A stretch of DNA of 64,000 nt from a bacterium (GTDB taxonomy: Bacteria > Patescibacteriota > Minisyncoccia > Phycocordibacterales > VMGT01), in the NCBI GenBank assembly GCA_030697645.1, contig JAUYPI010000008.1, forward strand, positions 4,301-68,300, given 5' to 3'. Of the stretch, positions 9,057 to 19,670 are shown piece by piece (the stretch's first letter is position 1; every line of letters starts with the position of its first letter). The notes below the pieces were generated by a model. The model was not told the origin of the DNA, made no database searches, and saw only the letters and a program-made list of their open reading frames with translations. Both the position numbers and the translations under genes were made by a program.

Positions 9057-10214
9057 TCAACACGCTCGGTAGCAAATCTGTGCGCTCGAGAATTTTGAGT
9101 GGATGCTGATCCCCGGTTCGCGGTTTGCAACGACACGGCCACACACGCGAGCCTCAATGTCGTGCCGAGATGCGAGAGCGAGGAATTGCTCGTGGGTTTC
9201 TTGCGGGACCACGACGAGCCCTCCCTGCCCGCATCCCCAGACGCGGTAGCATTCTTCATCGCTCATGTTAAGCCACTCGGCACACGCTCTTATCGCCGTT
9301 GGCGGCTCCCAAAGGTCATCGAGCTCGACGGAGAGGCCGCGTGCAACAAGAAGCGGCCCGAATTTTTCCGGAATGCCGCCGCCAGTGACGTGCACGATGG
9401 CGTTCATCGGGACGCGCACTCTCTCCTCTGCGTTGGGTAGGAGGTCATACCAGCCGTTAGCCTCGACGAGAAGGCGATCATAGAGTACTGCGGGCTGGGC
9501 CGCCTCGAAGATAAACGTGCGCGCTTTGTCTTTGCGCCACCAGTGTTTGCCGAATTTTTTTCGAAGCGCCATGCGCACCGCGCTCCCCCCGTTTGATCGA
9601 AAACCATACTCGCGGAGCGCGATTATGTTGTCCCCTGCGCCTATGGCCTTGCCCGTAATCATGCGGTCGGACATGTACGCCCCGATCATGACACCGGACC
9701 AGTTGAAACGGGTCACGGAGTGCGCGATCTCTGAGCCGACGCACTGACCCATTTGTGCAGTATCCCCCCGGAGGCAAACAACATTTTGGTACGCGGCGTA
9801 GTGGCGGAGGCCGCGTAAGAGACTTCGATGCATTTCTATAACGTGGCCGCGGTCTTCTGCGGCAAGTGTGGCTACCTCGAGATTGTTAAAGAGCACGAGC
9901 GGCAGGCCGCCCCAGCGCGTGATATCGCCTCCGGTCATCGCGAGAAGGTCCGCTGCGGCACTCACATGCGAGCCCGCAGCGTCTAGGATGATCGTTTTCG
10001 TGCCGATACCGTCCGGGGCCCCGTCGAGCCAGACTTCTCGCGGATCAGGGTGTTTCAATCGAAATCCCCGCGGTCCTCGAAAGTTCTCTGAAAATTCGAC
10101 TACCTCGACAAAGGGAGAGAAGCCATACGTTTCGGCACACACCTTTTTTGCTTCTTCACTCAATTGATGCTCGAGCTCGACGTTAACGCCCGCTTTTGCA
10201 TACGACTTGCTCAT
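9057..10214 (-). CDS. purM: Phosphoribosylformylglycinamidine cyclo-ligase (AIR synthase)
   Basis: YAKAGVN, DGIGTK, GDTAQM, GFRSNG, HVTGGG motifs. Confidence 0.88.
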   Translation of the reverse strand: MSKSYAKAGVNVELEHQLSEEAKKVCAETYGFSPFVEVVEFSENFRGPRGFRLKHPDPREVWLDGAPDGIGTKTIILDAAGSHVSAAADLLAMTGGDITRWGGLPLVLFNNLEVATLAAEDRGHVIEMHRSLLRGLRHYAAYQNVVCLRGDTAQMGQCVGSEIAHSVTRFNWSGVMIGAYMSDRMITGKAIGAGDNIIALREYGFRSNGGSAVRMALRKKFGKHWWRKDKARTFIFEAAQPAVLYDRLLVEANGWYDLLPNAEERVRVPMNAIVHVTGGGIPEKFGPLLVARGLSVELDDLWEPPTAIRACAEWLNMSDEECYRVWGCGQGGLVVVPQETHEQFLALASRHDIEARVCGRVVANREPGISIHSKFSSAQICYRAC

Positions 10215-10404
10215 CGCTCTTTCCTTTGCTGTATACGTGTTGCGTCTAGAATCGGTCTTCTCAGCATTGCATAGCGTACATTTTTCCCGCTGTCAACGCA
10301 TAAAACTTGACGTGTTTGTTTTTATAGTGTAAACAACAATAAGAAGAAAAGTAAAGGCCATGTATCGTAACCGCTCACACCTATCACAATGCTCCGTCAC
10401 AGAA

Positions 10405-10499
10405 CCGTCTTTGCGAGGAGTAGCGCGACGAAGCAATCCAGAGCGAGTAACGCAAAACCCCTGGATTGCTTCGCTCCTTTCAGTCGCTCGCAAAGACGG
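10405..10499. repeat. Palindromic REP/RPE-like element
   Basis: CCGTCTTTGCGAG..GAAGCAATCCAG / CTGGATTGCTTCG..CTCGCAAAGACGG nested inverted repeats. Confidence 0.8.
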
Positions 10500-10551
10500 G
10501 CGTGAGTGGTTACCATGTATCTTTCCGACCATCATCTAAAGGGGGAAGGCG

Positions 10552-10839
10552 ATGGAAATCCTCGTGCTCTGGTTTCGGGAAGTTTGGTTGCGTTTTAAGC
10601 TCGCGACGATCGTTCTCCGCAAACGTGAACTGCTGCAGACCGCGACTCCTCTCGTGGCGCACTTGTTAAACATGCCGGACCAGCTTTCAGAGATTGAGAA
10701 CGTATACCGGCAGGGGATGCATGCTGCGCCTACGCAAGGGCAGCGCCAACAATGCCTGGCGATCATACAAGCGGCACGCGAGGCACGAGTTGCCGTGGAA
10801 AAACTTGTAGACGCGATTCGTGCTCTCAAGCAGGCGTAA
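10552..10839 (+). CDS. Hypothetical helical protein
   Basis: 95-aa ORF with purine-rich RBS (GGGGGAAGG); no recognised motif. Confidence 0.5.
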   Translation: MEILVLWFREVWLRFKLATIVLRKRELLQTATPLVAHLLNMPDQLSEIENVYRQGMHAAPTQGQRQQCLAIIQAAREARVAVEKLVDAIRALKQA

Positions 10840-10989
10840 TGTTTCTGTTCGCGGTCGTAAAAGAATCGAGACAGCTTTCGACAAGCTGTCTCGATTTGTT
10901 TATATAGAGCCCGTTTAAGAGACCGCATTATGCCGTGAGTTCAATCGCGAGTTCAATTCGCAGCACTCCTCTCTTACTGCCGAATCCAT

Positions 10990-11027
10990 CGTCATAATAA
11001 AAATGCGGCCGCATTTTTATTATGACG
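10990..11027. repeat. Perfect 38-bp palindrome, divergent member of the AATAA-N2-ATGCG family
   Basis: CGTCATAATAAAAATGCGG|CCGCATTTTTATTATGACG. Confidence 0.85.
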
Positions 11028-11111
11028 GCGTAAAAACATATTTTGCCCGAGTGCCCGAATGTCAGAGGCAATCATGAGTAAAGTATTAAAAGCAATCATG
11101 AGCAAAATAAG

Positions 11112-11154
11112 AACGCGCGGTGAGCATGATGAGCTCACCGCGCGTTTCTTCTTT
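11112..11154. terminator. Intrinsic terminator-like hairpin between convergent genes
   Basis: AACGCGCGGTGAGC..GCTCACCGCGCGTT with A/T-rich flanks. Confidence 0.65.
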
Positions 11155-11197
11155 GTCCTCTGGCTGCTCCAAGGAGGTTTTGGCAGCGTGATACTCG

Positions 11198-13432
11198 CTA
11201 CCACTCATTTTCAAGAACACGTTCCGCTGCTTCTCTGATGCGCCGTTCGTCCGGGATGTGGAAGTGCTGCATTGGGAACCCCGGCATGGTGATGTCCCAG
11301 CCGGTTACCCGCTGAATTGGCGCCTCGAGGTATTCGGGGATCATTTCCCACAGTCGCGCCGCTATTTCCGCGCCCACACCACAATGCCGCGGCGCTTCCT
11401 GGATAATCACCGCCCGGCCAGTCTTGCGGACTGATGCAGCGATCGTTTCCATATCGAGCGGTACCAGTGACGCGACGTCAACGACGTCTGACTCGACCCC
11501 TCTCTCTTCTCGCAGAAGATCTGCCACGGTGAGCGCCTTGTAGACCATTGCGCCCCATGCAATGAACGTGATCTTGGCGTCGATGCTCTCCTCGACGATA
11601 AAAGCGGTATCGAGCGGCAGTGTGTCACCTTGATCCGTGCACACCTCTTTTACCCCTCGGTAGAGGCTTATTGGTTCCAAAAAGATGACAGGGTCCTCAT
11701 CTCGAATAGCTGCGAGCAGGAGGCCGTAGGCTTTCTGTGGCGATGAGGGTACCAGCACGCGCAGCCCAGGGATGCTCGTAAAGAAAGCCTCATTACTCTC
11801 GAGATGGTGCTCCGGTGCGGGCACGCCGCCCCCCCATGGCATGCGCACTACGATCGGGCAGTGCAGCCTGCCGCGTGTGCGTGCCCGCAGACGAGTCGTG
11901 TGATTCACCAACTGGTCAATGATCGGGTACGCAAAGCCGCTGAACTGCATTTCTACGACCACCCTCATGCCGAGCGCGGCAGCGCCTGTGGCCGCACCCA
12001 TGATTCCAAGTTCAGCGAGTGGCGTATCAACGACGCGCGTCTTCCCGAATCGCCCGAGCAATCCTTCTGTTGCCCGGAATACGCCGCGACTCTTTCCCAT
12101 GTCTTCCCCCCAAAGCACCACGCGCTCATCGCGGGACATTTCGTAGACGAGTGCTTGGTTGAGCGCCGTGATCATAGTTATCCCTTTAGGGTCTCCATAG
12201 ATCGTCTCAATTGGTATATTGATAACCCCGCTCGCCTCAGAGGCGAGCTGCTTTCTGGGGCTGTCCCGGATGGTAGAAAGGTTCTTCCCCCCATAGAGCG
12301 CGTGCACTTCCTCACGCTCGGCGAGAATACTCTTCGGCAATTTTTCCATTTGGTAGTCGAAGAGTGTCGTTGGAGATTCCCGCACCGTGGAGAGGTAGCG
12401 ATCTGCCGCTTTTTCAACGAGCTCGCTACTCTCAGCCTGGAGTTTTTCTTCGTCATTTTCGCTCCACAGCCCACGGCCTGTCAAATATGCTCTGAGACGC
12501 CGTATGGGGTCATTCAGGCGTGCCTGCTCTACCTCTTCCTTCGGGCGATAGTGCTCTGGGACATCGGCGGTTGTGTGAGCGCCAAGACGGTAGGTGATCG
12601 CCTCGATGACGCTCGGCCCCATGCCGCGTCGTGCCCGCTCGATAGCGGCGCGCACTACGGTGTAGACCGCGAGGACATCATTACCATCCACTTGTTCGCA
12701 ATGTCTGATGCCGGCGGCAATACCCTTCTGCGCAAGCGTCTCTGCCGCAGTTTGCCCCGTGCGCGGCATCGAGATCGCCCACTGGTTGTTGGTGATGATA
12801 AAAACAATGGGTGCTTGCCAGAGTGCGGCGAAGTTCATCGCCTCATAGGTGTCGCCTTTCGACGTACCACCATCTCCCACCGTGGTGACAACCACTCTCT
12901 TCTCTCGACCTTGCATGAAGTAGCGACATACCCCGGCAGCGCCGCTTGCGTGCAAGGTCTGCGAGGCGATCGGGATTGCCGGTGGAAAATCAAGACTGTG
13001 GTAGAGCGACAGCGGGTCATTTGCCCGCGTGTCTCCTAACCAAAAAAGGAGAGAGCGTACCATGGCGTCGATTTTCTTGTCGCCCTCGGCAAAGGTAATG
13101 AGCGCGGCGGTTTGGCGATAGTGCGGTATGTGGATATCAACCGTACTCATGGCACTTGCATATCCTACCCCGACCGCCTCTTCGCCTTCGGAGCAGGCAA
13201 AGGTGCCGAGCTGCCCCTGCCGCTGCAGCGCAATAGCCTTTTTATCAAAGACCCTGGTAAGTACCATGTCGCGGTACCACACTACCAACCGGTCTGTATC
13301 GTATGTCAACGCTTCTGGTATGTCGGAGGTCACGGTGCCGTCTGGGGAGAGATACTGTGTGTAATTGATCGTAAATCGGGCGACTTCTTTTCTCATACGA
13401 GACACCTCACGTAGGTGTTTTTTCTTATTCAC
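11198..13432 (-). CDS. Pyruvate/2-oxoacid dehydrogenase E1, fused alpha+beta subunits
   Basis: Alpha: LQRQGQLG, TPP motif GDG..NNQWAIS, YRLGAHTTAD. Beta: GED..GVFRATEGL, DTPLAE, EHH, IFLEP. Confidence 0.93.
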   Translation of the reverse strand: MNKKKHLREVSRMRKEVARFTINYTQYLSPDGTVTSDIPEALTYDTDRLVVWYRDMVLTRVFDKKAIALQRQGQLGTFACSEGEEAVGVGYASAMSTVDIHIPHYRQTAALITFAEGDKKIDAMVRSLLFWLGDTRANDPLSLYHSLDFPPAIPIASQTLHASGAAGVCRYFMQGREKRVVVTTVGDGGTSKGDTYEAMNFAALWQAPIVFIITNNQWAISMPRTGQTAAETLAQKGIAAGIRHCEQVDGNDVLAVYTVVRAAIERARRGMGPSVIEAITYRLGAHTTADVPEHYRPKEEVEQARLNDPIRRLRAYLTGRGLWSENDEEKLQAESSELVEKAADRYLSTVRESPTTLFDYQMEKLPKSILAEREEVHALYGGKNLSTIRDSPRKQLASEASGVINIPIETIYGDPKGITMITALNQALVYEMSRDERVVLWGEDMGKSRGVFRATEGLLGRFGKTRVVDTPLAELGIMGAATGAAALGMRVVVEMQFSGFAYPIIDQLVNHTTRLRARTRGRLHCPIVVRMPWGGGVPAPEHHLESNEAFFTSIPGLRVLVPSSPQKAYGLLLAAIRDEDPVIFLEPISLYRGVKEVCTDQGDTLPLDTAFIVEESIDAKITFIAWGAMVYKALTVADLLREERGVESDVVDVASLVPLDMETIAASVRKTGRAVIIQEAPRHCGVGAEIAARLWEMIPEYLEAPIQRVTGWDITMPGFPMQHFHIPDERRIREAAERVLENEW

Positions 13433-13667
13433 TTTCGTGGAACCTACCCTGTAGCCTTCATACTCTGAAGACCTGGCGCTGTCAACTGCGGGCAGTTATG
13501 CACAACCGCTTGCGACGGAGAAGAGAAGTATGCGTGGTATACTGATCACATGCGCGCGAACTTCCGAGTGTCGAGCGGTTGCGGATTGTTGCATACCCGA
13601 ACGCCATACCCATACAGTGTGCGATACCGAACGGTGATGGTTATCTTCCGAAGTTCCGTGTAAATGT

Positions 13668-14900
13668 GTGCAACACACACCAAAAGTGCTCATGATCGGC
13701 TGGGAACTGCCGCCCTTTAACAGCGGCGGGCTTGGTGTTGCTTGCTACGGGCTCGCCAAAGCGCTTGCCGGACGCGGGACGGACATACTCTTCACGCTCC
13801 CGCACGAGGCAGCAGTCTCGGCGCCGTTCATGAGAGTGTGGTTTGCGGGAAGCGAGGTTTCGAGAGCAGCGGCGAAGTTCACCGCATACAGTTCTGTCGG
13901 GCCGCGAGGCACTCGGGCGCGAGGCATGGAACAGGGCGGTAACACGCTTTTTGATACGGTGTATGCTTACGCTCGCGCGGTGCGCGAGCGTGCGATGAGA
14001 GAGCACTTCGACCTCATCCACGCGCACGACTGGCTCACGTTTCCAGCGGGGCTTGCCGCGGCGGAGGCGACGGGAAAACCTTTGATTACGCACGTCCATG
14101 CGACCGAGTTTGACCGCACCGGCGGCCGGGGCGCGAACAGTGAGGTGTATCGGATTGAACGTGAGGCCTTCGAGGGAGCAGAGCGCGTTGCGACGGTGAG
14201 CAACTACACGCGGGAGCTCGTCGCGCGAAACTACAGTGTCGATCCGGACAAAATTTCAGTGCTGCACAACGGCATTGATCCGGAAGAATTCAAGGCGGGG
14301 CAGGGGAGGATCGAGGCCCTCCGGCGCCTGCGCGAGCGGGGCGCGAAAATTGTTCTTTTTGTCGGACGGCTCACGATACAGAAAGGGCCGGATTATTTTA
14401 TCGCTGCCGCCGCACGCACGCTCGCGCATCGCCCGAACACCTATTTTGTTATCGCGGGATCCGGCGATATGGAACGGCAAATAATAGAAGAGGCCGCCTA
14501 TCGGCGGATCGCGGAGCGGGTGCTCTTTACGGGATTTGTTCGCGGCGATGAGCGCGACGCGCTCTACCGAGCGGCGGATGTCTACGTGATGCCCTCGGTT
14601 TCGGAGCCGTTCGGCATCACGGCGCTTGAAGCTATCGGGTACGGCGTGCCGGCAATCGTCTCGAAGCAAAGCGGCGTGCGCGAAGTCTCGCCGCACATGC
14701 TGCTTGCCGATTTTTGGGACGTCGACGAGCTCGCGAACAAAATTATTGCCGTCATAGACCACCCCGCCCTCACCGACACCCTGCGCGAGCACAGCATCAA
14801 GGACGTCCTGCGGGCCACGTGGGATAGGACGGCGGAGAAATGCCTTGAGATGTATCGGGGCTTACTTGCGGGGCAAGCGTATGCAGCGGGCTGTGCATGA
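13668..14900 (+). CDS. GT4 glycosyltransferase (glycogen synthase-like)
   Basis: GWELPPFNSGGLG, HAHDW, QKG, SEPFGITALEA. Confidence 0.92.
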   Translation: MQHTPKVLMIGWELPPFNSGGLGVACYGLAKALAGRGTDILFTLPHEAAVSAPFMRVWFAGSEVSRAAAKFTAYSSVGPRGTRARGMEQGGNTLFDTVYAYARAVRERAMREHFDLIHAHDWLTFPAGLAAAEATGKPLITHVHATEFDRTGGRGANSEVYRIEREAFEGAERVATVSNYTRELVARNYSVDPDKISVLHNGIDPEEFKAGQGRIEALRRLRERGAKIVLFVGRLTIQKGPDYFIAAAARTLAHRPNTYFVIAGSGDMERQIIEEAAYRRIAERVLFTGFVRGDERDALYRAADVYVMPSVSEPFGITALEAIGYGVPAIVSKQSGVREVSPHMLLADFWDVDELANKIIAVIDHPALTDTLREHSIKDVLRATWDRTAEKCLEMYRGLLAGQAYAAGCA

Positions 14901-14925
14901 AGGAACCAATCAGTTCAAGGCGTCT

Positions 14926-15029
14926 AAATTTTCAATTATCAATTTACAATTTTCAATCAATTTTCAATGACACAATTTTCAAACACGACGTCGTCGTTTT
15001 GAAAATTAGAAATTGAAAATTGGTAATTG
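14926..15029. repeat. Heptamer fold-back element, family A
   Basis: (AATTTTC)n arm, core AAACACGACGTCGTCG at 14981-14996, (GAAAATT)n arm. Confidence 0.9.
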
Positions 15030-15036
15030 TGTAAAC

Positions 15037-16335
15037 ATGCCTTCCGTCTGCTTCTACTTCCAAGTCCATCAGCCGATGCGCATTCGCCGCTTCAGGGTGT
15101 TTGATGTGGGCAACGACCACGGGTACTTCGACGAGGGGAGCGGTGCGAGAACAGACAATCGCGCGGTGCTCGAAAAGGTGGCGCGCAAGTCATATCTTCC
15201 CACGAACCGACTGCTCCTCGCCCTCCTCGAGCGCCATCCGGAATTTCGCGTGAGTTTTTCGCTCTCGGGAGTTCTCCTCGAGCAGCTCGAGCGCTACGAG
15301 CCGGACGTACTTGCCTCGTTTCAAGCCCTGGTGAAGACCGGCCGCGTCGAGCTCCTCGCCGAGACCTATTACCACTCGCTCTCTTTTCTTTTCTCACGGG
15401 AAGAATTCGAGCGGCAGGTGCGACTCCATGAGCGTTTAATCAAAAGATTGTTCGGCGTTCGGCCGCGCGTGTTCCGCAATACCGAGCTCATTTACCACAA
15501 TGACATCGGGCGAGTGGTGAGTGCGATGGGTTACAGCGGCATACTTGCCGAAGGCGCGGATCACATTCTCGGCTGGCGGAGCCCGTGCTTTCTCTACCGG
15601 CCGAAAGGAGTGTCGCGGACAGCGCTCCTCCTCAAGAATTACCGCCTCTCGGACGATATCGCATTTCGCTTCGGTGAGCGTTCATGGAAAGAGTACCCAC
15701 TGACAGCCGGCAAATTCGCCGATTGGGTCGAATCACACAACGGAGGCGGAAACCTGATCAATCTCTTTATGGACTACGAGACATTCGGGGAGCACCAATG
15801 GGAGGACACCGGCATTTTTGCATTTCTTGAGCATCTGCCTCGCGAGCTCCTGCGCCGCCGCGATACTGATTTTGTGACGCCATCCGAGGCGATCCGCCGG
15901 TACCGGCCGGTCGCCGAGCTCGACGTGCCGCACTACGTCTCGTGGGCCGATATCGAGCGCGATCTCTCAGCATGGCGCGGCAATGCCCTGCAGGAGCAGG
16001 CCTTGAGGGAGCTCTACTCACTTGAGCGCGATGCGCTCGCGAGCCGCGACCCCGTACTCATCGAAGATTGGCGTCGGCTCCAGACCTCCGACCACTTTTA
16101 CTACATGTGCACGAAGTGGTTTGCGGACGGCGATGTGCACAAATACTTCAATCCGTACGAGTCGCCGTATGACGCATTTATCTCATACATGAATGTGCTT
16201 GCGGACCTGCGGCTGCGCCTTGGTGGCGTTTCGGGTCGGAGCCGCGCAGGGCCGATTGCGCGAATACGCGAGTGGGGCACTCTGATCCGCTCCCCGCTAT
16301 CGTTTTTGAAAAACGTCGTATCATTATCAGCGTAA
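15037..16335 (+). CDS. Glycoside hydrolase family 57 (alpha-amylase type)
   Basis: FQVHQP, ETYYHSL, FRNTEL, DYETFGEH, QTSDHFYYM. Confidence 0.95.
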   Translation: MPSVCFYFQVHQPMRIRRFRVFDVGNDHGYFDEGSGARTDNRAVLEKVARKSYLPTNRLLLALLERHPEFRVSFSLSGVLLEQLERYEPDVLASFQALVKTGRVELLAETYYHSLSFLFSREEFERQVRLHERLIKRLFGVRPRVFRNTELIYHNDIGRVVSAMGYSGILAEGADHILGWRSPCFLYRPKGVSRTALLLKNYRLSDDIAFRFGERSWKEYPLTAGKFADWVESHNGGGNLINLFMDYETFGEHQWEDTGIFAFLEHLPRELLRRRDTDFVTPSEAIRRYRPVAELDVPHYVSWADIERDLSAWRGNALQEQALRELYSLERDALASRDPVLIEDWRRLQTSDHFYYMCTKWFADGDVHKYFNPYESPYDAFISYMNVLADLRLRLGGVSGRSRAGPIARIREWGTLIRSPLSFLKNVVSLSA

Positions 16336-16349
16336 TATAAGTTAATACC

Positions 16350-16655
16350 ATGTCATTTATGGCAACAGTCAAACGAACACTCGGAAGCAAGAAGCTCTCA
16401 AGTAGAGCGATGCACGAGGTGACCGGCGCCGCCTGTTTCTGGGTCAATAACGGACCGATTCTCTGCAGCCTGCGCGATTTGCACACCGCGCTCGGCGTGA
16501 TGACCAAAAAGCAGTTTGAGCACCACGCGCGAGCGCAACACAACGACTTCGCATCATGGGCGGAGGGCGTCTTTGCCGACAAGGCGCTCGCTCTGAGGCT
16601 CCGTCGCGCAAAGACCCCGGCAGGAATGCGCAAGGCGCTCGCGGCGTACCTGTAA
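16350..16655 (+). CDS. Small DUF5752-like protein of alpha-glucan clusters
   Basis: FWVNNG..SLRDL..F.HH....NDFASW..GVF.DK.LA pattern. Confidence 0.7.
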   Translation: MSFMATVKRTLGSKKLSSRAMHEVTGAACFWVNNGPILCSLRDLHTALGVMTKKQFEHHARAQHNDFASWAEGVFADKALALRLRRAKTPAGMRKALAAYL

Positions 16656-16658
16656 CGT

Positions 16659-16793
16659 AAATTTCCAATTTTCAATTTTGCAATTTTCAATCAATTTTCA
16701 ATGGATCAATGATTCAATGACGGACGCCGTCGCGTTTGAAAATTGCGTCATTGAAAATTCATTGGAAATTGAAAATTGTACATTGAAAATTTT
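16659..16793. repeat. Heptamer fold-back element, family A
   Basis: Inverted 7-mer arms; core GACGGACGCCGTCGCGTTT at 16719-16737. Confidence 0.9.
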
Positions 16794-16801
16794 ACACTCC
16801 C

Positions 16802-18757
16802 ATGCCCTTATCCTTAGTCCTCGGCAACGGTGAAATGCTCGTCGGGCTTGACAACAAAGGTCAAGTGCGGGATCTCTATCAGCCGCACCCCGGGCTCGAG
16901 AACCACGTCGGAGCAGCATGCGTGCATCGGATCGGCGTATTCGTTGACGGCAGGTTCTCATGGCTCTCGGAGGAGAGCTGGCGCGTCGGCATTATCTACG
17001 AGCCGCAAACGCTCGTTTCCGAGATACAAGCGGTTCATGCCGGGCTCGGCGTCCAGCTCCATTTCACCGATGTTGTCTACAACGAGGAGCCGATTTTTGT
17101 GCGGCGGCTACGCGTACGGCAGACGGGGAGAGAGCCGCGCACGATCAAAATATTCTTCCACCAACAGTTTCAGATTTACGGCACGGCGTATGGCAATACG
17201 GCGCTCTACGATCCGAAAAACGCCTCGATCGTCCACTATCGCGGTCGGAGAGTATTTTTAGTGAGCGGCATTCGTGGGGGTAAGAGTTTTGACGACTTCA
17301 GCATCGGCGTCGCGGGAATCGAGGGTAAAGAAGGGACCTGGCGGGACGCTGAAGACGGCGCACTCTCGAAAAACGCCGTTGAGCACGGAGCGGTTGATTC
17401 CGTGATTGCGTTTACGCTCCCGACAGGCAGCGAGCAGAGCGAAATCTACTACTGGATCGCTGCCGGGGCGACGCTCGCCGAGGCGCGGGAGCGCCACGAT
17501 CTCATCAAACTTCGCTCGCCGGAGCACATCATCGAGAGTACCGGCGATTTTTGGAGGGCATGGAGCAGGGCTGGCGAGCGAGGTCTCGAGAAACTTCCCG
17601 CAAAGATTGCCGGACTATTTACGACATCGCTCCTCGTGATCCGCGCGCACCTCGATCATGAAGGGGGCATTATTGCATCTGCGGATTCCGAAATGCTGAA
17701 GTATGGCAGGGATAGCTATGCATATGTCTGGATGCGCGATGCCGCATTGGCGGCGAGAGCGCTTGACTGCGCGGGCTACCCCGACACCGCCGAGCCGTTT
17801 TATCAGTTTTGCGCGGACACGCTTATGCCCGAAGGGTACTTTTATCACAAGTATCTACCGGACAAATCGCTCGGAAGCTCCTGGCATCCATGGGTGCGGG
17901 GGGGGAAGGAGCAGCTTGGTATCCAGGAGGACCAGACGGCGACGGTGCTCTTTGAGCTGTGGGGCCACTACGAGTCGAGCCGCAATCTTGAGTTTATTGA
18001 GCGGCTCTACAATCCTCTGATTAAGCGAACGGCCACGTTTCTTGTAACCTACCGTGACCGAGCGACGGGCCTGCCGCTTCCGAGCTATGACCTCTGGGAG
18101 GAGCGCTATGGCGTGTCCACATATACTGCAGCGTCCGTCTTTGGGGGCCTCAGAGCCGCGGCCCGTTTTGCGGAGCTTCTCGGGAAGGAGCAGGACGCGC
18201 GTGATTTTAGCAGCGCGGCAGAAGAAGTTCGGACAGGCATCCTGAAATACCTCATAAACTCCGAGACTGGATACTTCCTCAAGCAGATTTCCTACGAGCA
18301 CGATGAACCGATGTCCGATCCGACGCTTGATACCGCGGGTTTTGCCGGGGTCTTTCGCTTCGGCATCCTAGAGCCCGACGACAAGCGGCTCCGCAAGGCC
18401 GCCGAGTCTCTCAGGGATTGGCTCTGCTGCAAGACCCCGTTTGGCGGCGCAGCGCGCTACGAGGGAGATATGTACTATCGCGCTGATGCGCGGCTGCCGG
18501 GTAACCCCTGGATAATTTCAACGCTCTGGTATGCGCAGTACTTGATTGCAATCGCCGAAAAGACGCGTGAACTTGAAGAAGCGCTGGTTTGGCTGAACTG
18601 GACCGTTGATCGCGCGAATGGCGCCGGCATGCTGCCCGAGCAAGTTGACCCGCATACCGGCGCGCCAGTCTCCGCCTCGCCTCTGGTCTGGAGCCACGCG
18701 GAGTTTGTGTATACCGTTCTCCAATACCTTGCCAAATTGAAAGAATTGGAGAAGTAG
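16802..18757 (+). CDS. Glycoside hydrolase family 15 (glucoamylase-like)
   Basis: YAYVWMRD, QEDQT, YDLWEE, LPEQ, SPLVWSHA. Confidence 0.95.
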   Translation: MPLSLVLGNGEMLVGLDNKGQVRDLYQPHPGLENHVGAACVHRIGVFVDGRFSWLSEESWRVGIIYEPQTLVSEIQAVHAGLGVQLHFTDVVYNEEPIFVRRLRVRQTGREPRTIKIFFHQQFQIYGTAYGNTALYDPKNASIVHYRGRRVFLVSGIRGGKSFDDFSIGVAGIEGKEGTWRDAEDGALSKNAVEHGAVDSVIAFTLPTGSEQSEIYYWIAAGATLAEARERHDLIKLRSPEHIIESTGDFWRAWSRAGERGLEKLPAKIAGLFTTSLLVIRAHLDHEGGIIASADSEMLKYGRDSYAYVWMRDAALAARALDCAGYPDTAEPFYQFCADTLMPEGYFYHKYLPDKSLGSSWHPWVRGGKEQLGIQEDQTATVLFELWGHYESSRNLEFIERLYNPLIKRTATFLVTYRDRATGLPLPSYDLWEERYGVSTYTAASVFGGLRAAARFAELLGKEQDARDFSSAAEEVRTGILKYLINSETGYFLKQISYEHDEPMSDPTLDTAGFAGVFRFGILEPDDKRLRKAAESLRDWLCCKTPFGGAARYEGDMYYRADARLPGNPWIISTLWYAQYLIAIAEKTRELEEALVWLNWTVDRANGAGMLPEQVDPHTGAPVSASPLVWSHAEFVYTVLQYLAKLKELEK

Positions 18758-18787
18758 CAACAGATTTGGAAAGATGGGTTGAAGGGT

Positions 18788-18917
18788 AAAATTTTCAATG
18801 TACAATTTTCAATTTTCAATCAATTTTGCAATGACACAATTTTCAAACACGACGTCGTCCGTCACTCAGTCATTGACACGTTGAAAATTGATTGAAAATT
18901 GCAAAATTGAAAATTTT
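18788..18917. repeat. Heptamer fold-back element, family A
   Basis: Inverted 7-mer arms; core AAACACGACGTCGTCCGTC at 18845-18863. Confidence 0.9.
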
Positions 18918-18979
18918 TGGCATGCTACGAGTTGGGTATGTGGATAAGTCAACAGTGGTTGATGGTGTATGATTTAATC

Positions 18980-19246
18980 ATGAGCAACAAGATATTATTG
19001 CAAGAGTTGAGCGCTCCCGGCTGCCTGCACTGCAAAGAGTTTGCGGCATTTTGGGAGTCCATAAAGGGTGAGTGGTCGAATGTCGAGTTTCAAGACGTGA
19101 GTGTTGTCACACCCGAGGGTCAAGAGCTCGCGCAAAAGCACATGATCTTCGCGTCGCCGGGAATAATTATCAACGGGGAGTTGTTTAGTACGGGCGGGGT
19201 GGACAAAAAGAAGTTTGTGGAGAAGCTGAAGAAGCTGTCTGCTTAA
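18980..19246 (+). CDS. Small thioredoxin/glutaredoxin-like protein
   Basis: PGCLHC CxxC motif, cis-Pro motif SPGIIING; no signal peptide. Confidence 0.88.
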   Translation: MSNKILLQELSAPGCLHCKEFAAFWESIKGEWSNVEFQDVSVVTPEGQELAQKHMIFASPGIIINGELFSTGGVDKKKFVEKLKKLSA

Positions 19247-19286
19247 TGCAAAAGGACCAAGAGCGTATGGCGGCAAACTTTTTATC

Positions 19287-19670
19287 ATGAACCTCTTCGA
19301 CAAACTCACCCCACAATTGTTCCTCCGTCTCGGCCTCGGCGCGGTGTTTGCGTACTCGGGACTTAATATTCTGCTGCACCCCACTGCGTGGACGTGGGCT
19401 CTGCGCGGGCTGCCGGCGTTCATCCAAACCCAGATCGATCGGGTTGGCCCCGAGATGTATCTTCGCGGTCAGGGCATCGCCGAGCTCGCTATGGCGGCGG
19501 CGTTCCTTGCGTGGTTCCTGCCGCGCTGGCTTGTACGTATCGCGGCGTTTTTTGCGGCCGTTGAAATGGCGGCGATACTGGTTTTTGTCGGCGTCGACGC
19601 CGCGACATTCCGCGACATCGGCCTTCTCGGCGCGGCGCTCGGGGTATTGTTCGGCAGGGCGTTTTATTAG
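19287..19670 (+). CDS. DoxX family membrane protein
   Basis: LRLGLGAVF.YSG, E, RDIGL pattern; about 4 TMs. Confidence 0.8.
   Translation: MNLFDKLTPQLFLRLGLGAVFAYSGLNILLHPTAWTWALRGLPAFIQTQIDRVGPEMYLRGQGIAELAMAAAFLAWFLPRWLVRIAAFFAAVEMAAILVFVGVDAATFRDIGLLGAALGVLFGRAFY

Noticed and set aside
13668-18757. GT4-GH57-GH15 cluster as a novel system
   Set aside because: Matches a known type of alpha-glucan synthesis/degradation cluster.
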